A stretch of DNA of 32,093 nt from a virus. Shown here piece after piece: positions 21,801 through 31,638 of this stretch (positions are counted from its first letter, which is position 1; each line of letters begins with the position of its first letter). Location: IMG/VR virus record IMGVR_UViG_3300045988_175223; one strand, written 5' to 3'. The notes under the pieces were generated by a model. It did not search any database. It was given only the letters and a program-made list of their open reading frames with translations, and had not been told where the DNA came from. Both the position numbers and the translations under genes were made by a program.

Positions 21801-24800
21801 AAACAATATTGATATAGGCGGTCTCCAATTACAGGTAACGGCAGAAACAAAGGCTGCCGTTTCTGCGCTCGGCAAACTTAAAAAGAAAATAGAATCTCTT
21901 GAGAGTGCCACAAAGGCAGGAGCAGGGCTTGCCGAATTGGCTAAACGGGTAAACGAGTTCAGCACTGCGCTGCACTCTATCGATGGTTCGAAAGCGCAGG
22001 AAATAAAAGATATTTCTCAAGCGCTGAAAGAAGCTTCAAAATCCGGCAAGGAAGCGAAAAAGGAAACATCCTCCTTTGCACAGGCGTGGAAAGCGCTTAA
22101 AGTTGGCGCAATAACGGCAGGATTCAATAAATTGTGGCGTGTAGGGCGGGCGGCATTTCAGGAAAGCAGCGCCTATGTGGAGAATCTGAATCTGTTCTAT
22201 GTGACTATGGGCAAATCGGCAAAATCAGCCCTTGAATATGCACAGAAGGTCAATAAGGCGCTGGGTATCGATGTTTCGGACTGGATACGGAATCTGGGCA
22301 CTTTCCGGCAAATCGGAGCCGGTTTCGGCGTTATCGACTCAAAAGCCGAGCTGATGGCACAGAACCTTACGCAGATAGGCTATGATATCTCTTCATTCTT
22401 CAATATCGGCATAACCGAAGCAATGAATAAGGTGCGTTCCGGCTTTACCGGCGAGCTTGAACCGCTGCGCAATCTCGGTTACGCGCTGGACGCAGCCACC
22501 CTGCAACAGGTAGCCTATGCGCACGGTGTAAAACAATCGTATAACACCATGACGCAGGCACAAAAGTCGCAGCTGCGTTACATTGCTATCCTTGAACAGT
22601 CAAAGAATGTTATGGGTGATATGGCGCGAACCGTCACTTCGCCGGAAAACGCCGTCCGCATACTGAATCAGCAGATCACGCAGCTCAAGCGTGAATTGGG
22701 TATGGGACTGCTGCCTATCCTGCAAAAGATTATCCCCTATTTAAGCGCGGGAGTACAGTTGCTCACCGAATGGCTTTCGGCTCTTATCGGCTATGAAATG
22801 CCTGATTTTGACTATTCCAAGCTAAATAATACGGCCACGATAGCGGACGATGTGCAGACCTCTCTTGACGGGGCTACAAAGGCCGCAAAGGAGCTCAATG
22901 CGGCGCTCGGAATTGATGAGCTGAATGTTATATCCCCCAATACGGGTAGTGGTTCAGGAACGGGCGATAACGGCTTGGGCTATGACCTGAATATTGACCT
23001 GCCGAGTTATGATTTCCTTGCGGGGCTCTCCGATCAGACTAACAGCATAAAGGAACAAATGCGTGCTTTCTTTGAAGAATGGGGCGGCCTTATCAAAACT
23101 ACCGGCATTGCGATTGTGACTTATCTCATAGGTAAAAAGGCTCTTACCGGTTGGGGCAATCTGAAACAGCTGCTCGGCGCAACAGGCACATCATTCAAAA
23201 CGCTGTATAAGACCTCGTGGTCAGCTGCTACCGGGTCACAAAAGCTGTCAAAGGCGCTGTTCGGCGCAACCGGCGTTATTGCCGGTATGGGGTTTGCCTA
23301 TTCGGGGGCAAAAGACCTGTCCAAAGCCCTATCCTCCAATGACGGCACCTCCCTTACGGGCAGCATAGTTTCCCTTGTGGGCGGTGTGGCTGCGGGTGCT
23401 CTCGGCGGCGCTGCTATCGGCGGCCTCATAGGAGCCCTTGTGGGCGGTTTGCTGGCGCTTGCTTCTGCCGGTATAGGCGCAGCTAAGGCACAGGACGAAT
23501 TGCGCCGTAAAATGCTCACAGAAAGCATTTTTAACGGCGTAGGCAAGTCTATAAATGAACTCACGGACGATTATAAGCGCAACACCAAGGCGATTGATGA
23601 TTATCTCGAAACGAACAGCAAGCTCAACGATGAACTGAACACACAGCGCACGGCCTTTGACGAAGCAGCGGCCAAAGTGGAGAACTACATGACCGCATGG
23701 AGCGAAACCGGCAAACTGGATTCCACTCAGTTTGACGATATGACAAACTCCATTAAGAATATGGTTAAGGCAGCGCAGGGGCTTGCGGATGTCAATTTCA
23801 ACAAGATTTTCGCCTCCCTGAACGGGGCGATCAAGGGCTATCTGACCGGGGACGCACTGAGAGCAATACAATCAACCCGTACAGAGCTGGCGCAGCTGCA
23901 AGCACAGGTCGGGCAAAAGGTTTCAAGCTTGGGCAGCAGCATAGACAATACTCTTTCCCTCTTAAGCAAAGAAAAAGACCCCGGCAAGCGCGGGCTGCTC
24001 AAAACGCTGCTCACACAGCAAATTAACCAGCTTTCACAGGTTCGCAACGCCGAACAGACAGCAAGAGATAATGCCGCTGCCGAAAAGGCTAAAAAAGGCG
24101 TTCTGTCCAGTATTTCGCTGGGCAGCTCACTGTCGGATTTTGACACTCAATTCGGCAATCTGCAAAACACTTATAACAGCCAAAAGAGCGGCATCCAGTC
24201 GGCATACGAAGAAGCACTGCTGTCCGTTGATATCCTGCGCGGTCAGGCAAAGGCACTGGGCATAAATCTGACCGATAAGGAAATACAGGCGTTTAAGGAC
24301 AGCATAACGAAGTCGTACAGCAGCCAGTTGAAGGCGGCGGACGGGGAAAGGAACAGGGTAAAGAGGCAGCTGTTAGATGCGGTACAGCAAGCGGCAATAA
24401 GCAGCGTAAATGAAAAAATAGTACAAGATATCGCGTCATCATGGGCGCTTAGTAAATCCACCCCTGATTCGGAGCGTGAAATAGCTTGGAAAATGTGGGA
24501 ATCGCCGAAGGCATCTATCGGAGCGATGAAGTCAAAACTGCTTGAAATCACATTTTTCAGGAAACACATGGACGCGTTCAAACTTTCCGATGGCCGCACT
24601 CTTGCCGATATCTATGAAAAGATTAACCGCTACGCCACAGGCGGATTCCCGACAACCGGGCAGCTGTTCATAGCCAACGAAGCTGGCCCGGAATTGGTGG
24701 GCAGCATGGGCAATAAGACAACGGTTGCCAATAATCAGCAGATTGTAGCCGGTATTGCACGGGGCGTGGCAGACGCAAACGCCGAGCAGAACGAACTGCT

Positions 24801-24939
24801 GCGCCGTCAGAATGAATTGCTTGTCGCTATCCTGCAAAAGGAAGGCAATGTAACGCTGGACGGGCGGGAGCTTTTAAGGACAACGGAACGCGCCGCATAT
24901 AATCGCGGCGTACAGTTTGCGGAAGGAGGCTTGTACTGA
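21793..24939 (+). CDS. Tail tape measure protein, 1048 aa
   Basis: Length, coiled-coil and glycine-rich segments; position after gpG/gpGT. Confidence 0.9.
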   Translation: MNENNIDIGGLQLQVTAETKAAVSALGKLKKKIESLESATKAGAGLAELAKRVNEFSTALHSIDGSKAQEIKDISQALKEASKSGKEAKKETSSFAQAWKALKVGAITAGFNKLWRVGRAAFQESSAYVENLNLFYVTMGKSAKSALEYAQKVNKALGIDVSDWIRNLGTFRQIGAGFGVIDSKAELMAQNLTQIGYDISSFFNIGITEAMNKVRSGFTGELEPLRNLGYALDAATLQQVAYAHGVKQSYNTMTQAQKSQLRYIAILEQSKNVMGDMARTVTSPENAVRILNQQITQLKRELGMGLLPILQKIIPYLSAGVQLLTEWLSALIGYEMPDFDYSKLNNTATIADDVQTSLDGATKAAKELNAALGIDELNVISPNTGSGSGTGDNGLGYDLNIDLPSYDFLAGLSDQTNSIKEQMRAFFEEWGGLIKTTGIAIVTYLIGKKALTGWGNLKQLLGATGTSFKTLYKTSWSAATGSQKLSKALFGATGVIAGMGFAYSGAKDLSKALSSNDGTSLTGSIVSLVGGVAAGALGGAAIGGLIGALVGGLLALASAGIGAAKAQDELRRKMLTESIFNGVGKSINELTDDYKRNTKAIDDYLETNSKLNDELNTQRTAFDEAAAKVENYMTAWSETGKLDSTQFDDMTNSIKNMVKAAQGLADVNFNKIFASLNGAIKGYLTGDALRAIQSTRTELAQLQAQVGQKVSSLGSSIDNTLSLLSKEKDPGKRGLLKTLLTQQINQLSQVRNAEQTARDNAAAEKAKKGVLSSISLGSSLSDFDTQFGNLQNTYNSQKSGIQSAYEEALLSVDILRGQAKALGINLTDKEIQAFKDSITKSYSSQLKAADGERNRVKRQLLDAVQQAAISSVNEKIVQDIASSWALSKSTPDSEREIAWKMWESPKASIGAMKSKLLEITFFRKHMDAFKLSDGRTLADIYEKINRYATGGFPTTGQLFIANEAGPELVGSMGNKTTVANNQQIVAGIARGVADANAEQNELLRRQNELLVAILQKEGNVTLDGRELLRTTERAAYNRGVQFAEGGLY

Positions 24940-25334
24940 TGGTCGCACTTGTGACAATAATTGACAAGAACGGCACGGAACACCCCCTTCCGTACCCGTC
25001 CTATTACGATATGACCACGGCGGCAGTGGTGGACAGCGCACGAAATGTATCCGGCTATGTTCGGGGCATGGTTATTCGGGACAACATAGCCAAGGGAGCC
25101 TTGAAATGGCGGTATCTCACCGCCGCGCAGTGGTCGGAAATTTTGAAGCTGTTCACGGCGGCATACGGCGGCAATTTCTATAACAAAGTGCGTTTTTTCG
25201 ACCAAGTGGCGGGCGATTTCGTGACCCGCGACATGTACATTTCGGACAGGACAGCGGGCGGCTGGAAGGTTGACGCAAATACCGGCTATGTGACCGGCTG
25301 GACGGACTGCGCACTCAGTCTTGTGGAGGTGTGA
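24939..25334 (+). CDS. Distal tail protein (small), 131 aa
   Basis: GGAAGGAGG RBS; ATGA overlap with the TMP stop. Confidence 0.4.
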   Translation: MVALVTIIDKNGTEHPLPYPSYYDMTTAAVVDSARNVSGYVRGMVIRDNIAKGALKWRYLTAAQWSEILKLFTAAYGGNFYNKVRFFDQVAGDFVTRDMYISDRTAGGWKVDANTGYVTGWTDCALSLVEV

Positions 25335-25335
25335 T

Positions 25336-26859
25336 ATGGCAGTAGAAACTTACGGGAATTGGGCGGCAAACTGGCAATCCGATGTTATTCCTGCGCTGCA
25401 CTGTCAGACCTCTCTTTTCTTTGTGGACTGGGCAATAAGCGAACGCAGTGGCTCAATGACGATTGATGACAAGTATCTGCGCCGGGTCGAATTGCGGCAA
25501 ACCTTTTCGGAAATGTGTTACGAATTGCCGCGAAACGAAGTCATATTGACATACGATAATTCGGACGGATACTTTGACGAATCGCCGTTTGCGGACGATA
25601 CCTTTGGTGAAGGCGGTATTGAGTGCCGGTTCTACTTCAACGATACGGATAAAATGCACCCGATGTGCTTTTACAACCCGGTTATCAATCGAAGCGGCAC
25701 AACGGCCACAATAACAGCTACAACAGAGGTTATGAGCGGTACGGACAATATCCATTTCACCATAGATGAAGCGGGGCTGGGAAGCGGTATCGGCATGCGC
25801 TGGAATTCGGCGAATATCGGTGAATTATTGGAATATACGAATAAAATAGGAGCAACCGCAATAACGGATCAGACGCACGATCAGCAAACTATCTCCGGCG
25901 CACTGCTCTCCTACGGCAGACCGGACGAAGCATTGCAACGCATTATCTTTGCCAATAATATGGAGCTGCTGTCGAATCGGAGCGGAGATCAGCTTTTTGA
26001 CGAGGCTTTTGTTGTCCGCGACACCAAGGTTTACGAAGGCGTTGTGCCTTCCGTAATGCTCACCGACCGTGACATGATGGAACAGCCGGAGTATACGAAA
26101 GGCAAGAAATACTCCTATATCGCAACGAACTATTCAAAGTATAGTCCCTACGATTTTGCGGCAGATGGTTATCTTAAAGAGGAAGTAACAAAAACCTATA
26201 ATTACAGTTTCGCAGGAGCAACAGTTGTGAGCGATCCATTGGGCCCGGAACAAGCCCCCGGGGTTGTGAGGGTATATCGAATATGGATTCCGTTCGCAGA
26301 TGCCGACAGTACGCCTGAATACGCCTTTGCGCATATCAATCCCGAAGATGTTCAGTGCAATATCGATAAATATGTTACTGTACGCGGCGAAGCGGGAACC
26401 GGCCTTTCTTCTCCTTATGGCGTTTATCTATGGTGTGCCGCCGGCGAAGAAGACCCGTCTACGATAACCGGCACATTCGTTGTTACATTTTACGGCAAAG
26501 TTCAGGCGCAGCAGCTCACTGATATGTGGAGTGTAAATACAGACGAATTGTCAACGATAGGCGGCATTACCTTCAATAACAAATTCGGCATGCCGAGCAA
26601 GACAGAGCTCAACGCGCTTGTGACGAACAACGATACAATCAGTTTCACGGCACTGTGCGATATTTCCCTTGAAGCGGGCGATTTCGTGATTATCCGCACT
26701 TCCTGGCTATCCTATGTTTGCCGCCTGCTGGATGTGCGAATTAAGTATGACGGTGGTGTGCGCCTTTACGTAAAAGCCCGTGTTGTGAAACCGTTCGCGC
26801 CCGTGGCGCTCTGGGCAGGAGATGACCTGTATTTGACCGATAAAGCTACAAACGCATAA
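25336..26859 (+). CDS. Tail-tip / baseplate protein (Tal-like), 507 aa
   Basis: GGAGGTG RBS before ATG 25336; position after TMP and the distal tail protein. Confidence 0.5.
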   Translation: MAVETYGNWAANWQSDVIPALHCQTSLFFVDWAISERSGSMTIDDKYLRRVELRQTFSEMCYELPRNEVILTYDNSDGYFDESPFADDTFGEGGIECRFYFNDTDKMHPMCFYNPVINRSGTTATITATTEVMSGTDNIHFTIDEAGLGSGIGMRWNSANIGELLEYTNKIGATAITDQTHDQQTISGALLSYGRPDEALQRIIFANNMELLSNRSGDQLFDEAFVVRDTKVYEGVVPSVMLTDRDMMEQPEYTKGKKYSYIATNYSKYSPYDFAADGYLKEEVTKTYNYSFAGATVVSDPLGPEQAPGVVRVYRIWIPFADADSTPEYAFAHINPEDVQCNIDKYVTVRGEAGTGLSSPYGVYLWCAAGEEDPSTITGTFVVTFYGKVQAQQLTDMWSVNTDELSTIGGITFNNKFGMPSKTELNALVTNNDTISFTALCDISLEAGDFVIIRTSWLSYVCRLLDVRIKYDGGVRLYVKARVVKPFAPVALWAGDDLYLTDKATNA

Positions 26860-26871
26860 GGAGGGTATGTT

Positions 26872-27570
26872 ATGGCATATCAAGCTAAAACATGGAAAAA
26901 CAGAGCCGGGACAGGCTTGAACAAGTACAAGGACAGCGTTTCGGGTGATACTTTGGAACTTATAAATACGCCGGACAGCGTAACGGAAGCAGGGGACGCA
27001 TTTTCGGCGGCGAACATGAACGATCTGGAAAGCCGCATTGCGAACGGATTCGCGGATGCTACCCCAGATATGACACAGTTGCTTCTTAACGACAACGCGG
27101 GCAACACCCTTGACATGCAGGCGGACGGCTCCACCGTAATTGATACAACGAAAACACACCCGGCAGAAGTGGGCTCAACATTAGGCGTTAAAATGGCGCT
27201 TACAAACTTAGCAACGGACGGAATAATGGGGCGTGAGCGCGGCATTACCTTTTCAATGCAGCGCAGGCTCAGCGGCGCGGATCAGACCTATATCGGCTAT
27301 CTGCTTACAACAGGCATGCTGGAAATCCGCTACGGCACCACAGGCAAGCTGGATAATTCGGGAACGGGTGTGAAAACCGCCTTCTCCCCCGCTATGAGCA
27401 ATGCGCCGCAAATCGTCCTTTTAACGCCGAAAACAGGTGTTGCCGGTGTGGCTGCTCCGAAGGTGGTAAGCATGGACAAAACGGGATTTTATGCCACGCT
27501 GGGCGGCTCAACGGGAACAGATACGCAGTGCTATTACCTTGCAATCCGTTTTAACTACTGGCCGAACTGA
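26872..27570 (+). CDS. Tail fiber / receptor-binding-like protein, 232 aa
   Basis: TAAGGAGGG RBS; last structural gene before the lysis cassette; Gly/Thr-rich. Confidence 0.4.
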   Translation: MAYQAKTWKNRAGTGLNKYKDSVSGDTLELINTPDSVTEAGDAFSAANMNDLESRIANGFADATPDMTQLLLNDNAGNTLDMQADGSTVIDTTKTHPAEVGSTLGVKMALTNLATDGIMGRERGITFSMQRRLSGADQTYIGYLLTTGMLEIRYGTTGKLDNSGTGVKTAFSPAMSNAPQIVLLTPKTGVAGVAAPKVVSMDKTGFYATLGGSTGTDTQCYYLAIRFNYWPN

Positions 27571-27582
27571 AGGGGGAGTATT

Positions 27583-27822
27583 ATGAACACGGACATAATA
27601 ACCGCCCTTATAGCCCTTTTGGGAACGGCTTTGGGCACTTTCGGAGGTATTCTTACAAGCAACAAGCTCATAAACTACCGTCTTAAGCAATTGGAGGATG
27701 AGGTGCGGCAGCACAACAATTTTGCCCGCCGTATGCCGGTGGTGGAGGAGCAGATAAAGGTTATCAATCACCGGATAGAAGACCTGGAGCATCTTGAGCA
27801 TCAGGAGCACGAACATAAATAA
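27583..27822 (+). CDS. Small membrane protein with an N-terminal TM helix, a coiled coil and a His-rich tail (holin-associated or XhlA-like), 79 aa
   Basis: ITALIALLGTALGTFGGILTS TM helix; located in the lysis cassette. Confidence 0.4.
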   Translation: MNTDIITALIALLGTALGTFGGILTSNKLINYRLKQLEDEVRQHNNFARRMPVVEEQIKVINHRIEDLEHLEHQEHEHK

Positions 27823-27847
27823 TAAACACAATTCAGGAGGTTTTGAT

Positions 27848-28174
27848 ATGGAATTTTCAGACTTTGTAGCAGTACCGGCAATAGTGGTGCTGGTGTATCT
27901 TGCGGCCTATTTCATAAAGCTTATTCCGGGCGAGACCGTCAATCGGATGCTGCCCGCACTGTGCGGGGTTTTGGGGCTTATACTGGGCATTGTGTGCTAT
28001 TTCACGCTGCCCGGGTTTATCCCTGCCGAAAACTGGCTGACGGCTGCGGCGGTGGGCATTGTATCCGGCTTTGCGGCAACCGGTGTGAACCAGATATACA
28101 AGCAGGCAAGCAAAGGCAAGGCGGCGGAAATAAAAGAAGATGACGAGCCGCAGGACGGTGAAGGCAATGCTTGA
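27848..28174 (+). CDS. Holin-like protein, 108 aa, 2-3 predicted TM helices
   Basis: AGGAGG RBS 7 nt before ATG 27848; hydrophobic helices; charged C-terminus; 8-nt overlap with the endolysin. Confidence 0.55.
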   Translation: MEFSDFVAVPAIVVLVYLAAYFIKLIPGETVNRMLPALCGVLGLILGIVCYFTLPGFIPAENWLTAAAVGIVSGFAATGVNQIYKQASKGKAAEIKEDDEPQDGEGNA

Positions 28175-29054
28175 GGAATTTATAGCCTATCTTGAGGACG
28201 AGATAGCACGCGGCAGCATTTATGTTTTGGGGGCGCAGGGACAGCGTGCGCCCTTTTCCGAGGCGTGGCTCAAAGAGCGCGAGCACGGAGACGAAACCAA
28301 CATAAACAGGGACAAGGCACTGCTGGAAAAGCGGGTAAAGGATGGATACAAGCTTACCGACATAGGAGCGTTTGACTGCTCCGGGCTGGGTATGTACTGG
28401 CTGCAAAATGTGAAAAAGCTGTACCCCGGCGATCTCAACGCCAACGGCATGAAGGGCAAGTGCGCAAAAATAGCGCGGGACAAGGTGCGCCGCGGGGACT
28501 GGGTATTCGTGGTGAACGGCGGCGGGCGGGCAACGCATATAGGCTTTGCGCTGGATTCCGACACGGCAATAGAATGCCGGGGGCGGGATTACGGCGTGGT
28601 GAAAACCAGCGTTTCCCTGCGCCCGTGGAACTGGTTCGGGCGGCCTGAGCTGTTCCGCTACGAAATAGAGGGCTACACCGTCACTCGCGAGCTTAAAAAG
28701 GGCGATAAGGGCGAGGATGTGAAGGCGCTTCAGCACCAGCTTATCCTGCACGGCTTTGCCATGCCGAAATACGGCGCGGACGGCTCTTTCGGGGGCGAGA
28801 CGCACAAGAGCGTATGTGCGCTGCAAAAGAGCCTTAAACGCCCCGAAACGGGCATTGCGGGCAAGGCGGAGATTGAAGCGCTGCACCTTGTGTGGAAGCA
28901 GGAGGAGCAGCCCGGCACCGATTATGAGGCTCTGTACACGCAGACCAAGCGCAAGCTTGAGCGCACCGAAGCCGAGCTTGTGAAACTGCAAGTCGCGTAT
29001 GATGAAGTCATGAGCGCGGTCGAACAGGCAAGACGGATTCTGAACGATGTATAA
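28167..29054 (+). CDS. Endolysin: NlpC/P60 cysteine peptidase domain plus a PG_binding_1 peptidoglycan-binding domain
   Basis: Catalytic Cys in AFDCSGLGMYW and His in RATHIGFA; C-terminal LKKGDKGEDVKALQHQLILHGF...DGSFGGETHKSVCALQK is a PG_binding_1 repeat. ATG 28167 is used rather than the track start 28140. Confidence 0.75.
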   Translation: MLEEFIAYLEDEIARGSIYVLGAQGQRAPFSEAWLKEREHGDETNINRDKALLEKRVKDGYKLTDIGAFDCSGLGMYWLQNVKKLYPGDLNANGMKGKCAKIARDKVRRGDWVFVVNGGGRATHIGFALDSDTAIECRGRDYGVVKTSVSLRPWNWFGRPELFRYEIEGYTVTRELKKGDKGEDVKALQHQLILHGFAMPKYGADGSFGGETHKSVCALQKSLKRPETGIAGKAEIEALHLVWKQEEQPGTDYEALYTQTKRKLERTEAELVKLQVAYDEVMSAVEQARRILNDV

Positions 29055-29097
29055 TTATGCATTTTCAGTTGGTTAGTAAGAATACCCACCTGACAAG

Positions 29098-29130
29098 AAA
29101 AGGAGCGGCATAAACCGCTCCTATCTTTTG
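29098..29130 (+). terminator. Terminator after the lysis cassette: AGGAGCGG-cataaa-CCGCTCCT then ATCTTTTG
   Basis: 8-bp stem read directly; T-rich tail. Confidence 0.55.
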
Positions 29131-29443
29131 TGACACACCCTCTGCATTACATCCCCATGCACAGCAGCCGGAAGGTTTCACGGCCTTTCGGCGTTACAAG
29201 GGTCTGCACGCCGCTCCACTCGGTTTTGGGACTGTACTGTTCCTTTATTTCGAATAAGCCCGTGTTCTTGCCCTCATACGGCAGCAATTTGCCCTTTTTA
29301 TCACGGTAAATGTATTTCTGCTCCACCAGCCAGTTTACGAACCGTTTCGGGGCTATTCCGAGTTCCTTTGCCGTTTCGCGGAAGTTGGTTAAAAGGTTGC
29401 GGTCAACCAGTTCGTCAAAGTACTGTGCGCGGGGGAGCAGTAT

Positions 29444-29812
29444 CTAATTCTGCACCGTCAGCTCCGAATTGGCGCAGCTTAATTCATTTATGCTGGCATC
29501 GCGCTCCGCAAGGGTCTGCTTTGCCACCAGCAGCGCCTTTGCCATCAGCTCCTCCGGCGAAAGCGTTTCCTGTCCGGCTATGTACCCGCCTGTTTTGCGG
29601 ATACTGGGAAGCACTTCGGAAGTTACCCACCGTTTGAATTGCTTTGCGGTTGATAACTTACTGGACATAACAAGGGAATAAAGGCCGGATTCATTGATGA
29701 GCGCAATCGGTGTCCCGTGTACGGTGAACGATTCGTTCACCGTTCTGTCCTCTTGGTCAACATGATCCCTTATTGCTTTTTGTGGATTTCGGAAATAAAA
29801 AAATACCCGCAC
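29444..29812 (-). pseudogene. Bro-N-domain (antirepressor-like) remnant lacking its N-terminal third
   Basis: NESGLYSLVMSSKLSTAKQFKRWVTSEVLPSIRKTGGY is the conserved Bro-N C-terminal half; the expected N-terminal F.F..IR..DGEPWF segment is absent; GTG start sits inside a terminator hairpin. Confidence 0.55.
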
Positions 29813-29822
29813 AAAGGCGGGT
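29797..29822 (-). terminator. Minus-strand terminator ACCCGC-cuuugu-GCGGGU then A-U7
   Basis: Reverse complement of aaaaaaatacccgcacaaaggcgggt; overlaps the Bro-N remnant start codon. Confidence 0.45.
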
Positions 29823-30231
29823 ATGATGCAGCCGGAGCCAGATGAAGTGTACCAGTTATAGTCCCCAATAACTCACACTACTTTTTGCTTTTGGCAATTT
29901 TCTTTTAATCCAACACCTTCCGAAGGAAGGGACAATTCCGCAATAGGCGGGAATAACAGCATTGCTTTTCACTTTTTTCAATCCAACACCCTCCGAAGAG
30001 GGGACAGGCTCCGGCTGCGAATATATTATATCATGGCAATTTGCGGATTTCAAGTGTTTTTTTGCGGAATTTGAAGAAAATCGTTTAACCTGCGGGTAAC
30101 TTGCGTTAAAATGCAGTTCAAAACCTCAAAATATGGCTTTGATTTGCGATAAAGCACAATATGTAGTATGCTTAATGCATAATGTAATGAATTATCTGCA
30201 TATATCGTTGCGAAAAAGGAGGCAGAAAGGC

Positions 30232-31017
30232 GTGCAATCGGATTTTACGATAATAACGCACAAATTCCCGCAGAACCGCGACCTTACAATTATCCCTATC
30301 GCCGATGTACATCTGGGCGCAGCGGAACACTTGGCTGCCGAATGGATAAAATTAGTGGAATATGTTCGTGACACGCCCGATGTGTATGTAACGCTCGGCG
30401 GCGATCTGATAAACAACGCCACACGCAGCAGTATATCTAATATTTTTGATGAAACAATGCGTCCCCGCGAACAGAAGAAGCGCATGGCAGAGCTGCTCAC
30501 CCCTATTCGGAACAGGATTCTATGCGCCGTTTCGGGCAATCACGAACGCAGAAGCGGCAAAGACGCAGACGATGACGGCGTATATGATATAATGTGCAAA
30601 CTCGACCTTGAAGACCTATACCGAGAAAATATGGCCTTCGTGAAGCTGCAAATAGGCAATCCGAACAATAACGGCCAAACCAACCCGACATATATACTGG
30701 CCGTCACGCACGGTGCGGGCGGCGGTGCATTGCCGGGTGGCATTATAAACCGCAACGAACGGTTCGGATACGCGCTGGACGGTGTGGATGCGCTCATTGT
30801 AGGACATTCTCACAAGCCGATGATGAGTCAGCCTGCAAAGCTGCATGTTGACCCGCACAATAACCGGGTGTCCGTTCGTCCGTTCAAGGTAGTTGTCGGC
30901 TCCGCCTTCCTCGGATACGGCGGGTACGCAGCACAAAAAATGCTCCTGCCCACTTCGCACAGCATACAGACCTTGAAACTTTACGGCAAAAGGAAACATA
31001 TGGAGGTATCGATGTGA
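30232..31017 (+). CDS. Calcineurin-like metallophosphoesterase (Ser/Thr phosphatase fold), 261 aa
   Basis: Motifs IADVHLG (DxH), LGGDLIN (GD), VSGNHE (GNHE), VGHSH (GHxH); AAAGGAGG 9 nt before GTG 30232 (track start 30133 has no RBS). Confidence 0.7.
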   Translation: MQSDFTIITHKFPQNRDLTIIPIADVHLGAAEHLAAEWIKLVEYVRDTPDVYVTLGGDLINNATRSSISNIFDETMRPREQKKRMAELLTPIRNRILCAVSGNHERRSGKDADDDGVYDIMCKLDLEDLYRENMAFVKLQIGNPNNNGQTNPTYILAVTHGAGGGALPGGIINRNERFGYALDGVDALIVGHSHKPMMSQPAKLHVDPHNNRVSVRPFKVVVGSAFLGYGGYAAQKMLLPTSHSIQTLKLYGKRKHMEVSM

Positions 31018-31265
31018 AAAAGATAGGATTTCAGAAACAGGCTGAACCCGAACAGGGCAACGATGCCGTGAATCATCCTGCGCACTACACTGACGGCGGC
31101 ATTGAAACGATTGATTTTATTGAGGCAAAACGGCTTCCGTATCATCTGGGCAATGCCGTGAAGTACATTTCGCGGGCAGGAAAGAAAGACCCGGACAAGA
31201 CAATTCAAGACCTCGAAAAAGCGATCTGGTACATTGACCGGTACATAGATTTACTAAAAAAATAA
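31014..31265 (+). CDS. DUF3310 family phage protein, 83 aa
   Basis: VNHPAHYTDGGIETIDFIEAK...GNAVKYISRAGKK...DLEKAIWYIDRYI matches the DUF3310 consensus; GGAGG RBS; GTG start overlapping the upstream stop. Confidence 0.65.
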   Translation: MKKIGFQKQAEPEQGNDAVNHPAHYTDGGIETIDFIEAKRLPYHLGNAVKYISRAGKKDPDKTIQDLEKAIWYIDRYIDLLKK

Positions 31266-31283
31266 TCCTTCCGAAAGAGAATA

Positions 31284-31313
31284 AGAGACCGCCGCCCGGT
31301 GGTCTCTTTTTTA
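31284..31313 (+). terminator. Rho-independent terminator AGAGACC...GGTCTCT then T7
   Basis: Read directly; follows the DUF3310 stop. Confidence 0.6.
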
Positions 31314-31459
31314 CCCCGATTTCGTGTTGCATTTCGTGTTGCATTTACCCGAAAAATTCTGATAATTTGTCACTCCATATTCCGTGACCCGTTCAAGAAA
31401 TACTGTCATTCGCCCTCATATGCGTAGGAAAAAATTTTTATAAAAATTCTATTTACCTC

Positions 31460-31488
31460 TTGACATATTCTATCAATAGAAATATAAT
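31460..31488 (+). promoter_or_regulatory. Perfect consensus promoter TTGACA-17-TATAAT upstream of a roughly 140-nt structured leader and the 31639 / LRR-like / XRE gene set
   Basis: ttgaca (31460-31465), 17-nt spacer, tataat (31483-31488). Confidence 0.55.
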
Positions 31489-31638
31489 TACTACCGTAGG
31501 GAAAAACATTGTTGTTCTGACGGCAAGAACGGAAAAACTGTGGCCGTGATATCAAATTGCTGACATCAATGATTATACCACGGCCAAAAGGAAAAAGCAA
31601 GAACAATATTGTTGCCTACGGAAAGCGAGGTGAAAACA

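Noticed and set aside
28017-28991. 324-aa minus-strand ORF overlapping the endolysin gene
   Set aside because: Antisense to a gene with clear NlpC/P60 and PG-binding motifs and a coupled start. Low-complexity Ala/Leu/Arg-rich composition typical of a GC-rich antisense frame; no RBS.
29907-30019. Possible mini-CRISPR array or tRNA-like element at the hairpin repeats
   Set aside because: Only two imperfect units of unequal length with no spacer-like unique segments of regular size and no cas genes. No cloverleaf arrangement. Kept as a finding about structured repeats only.
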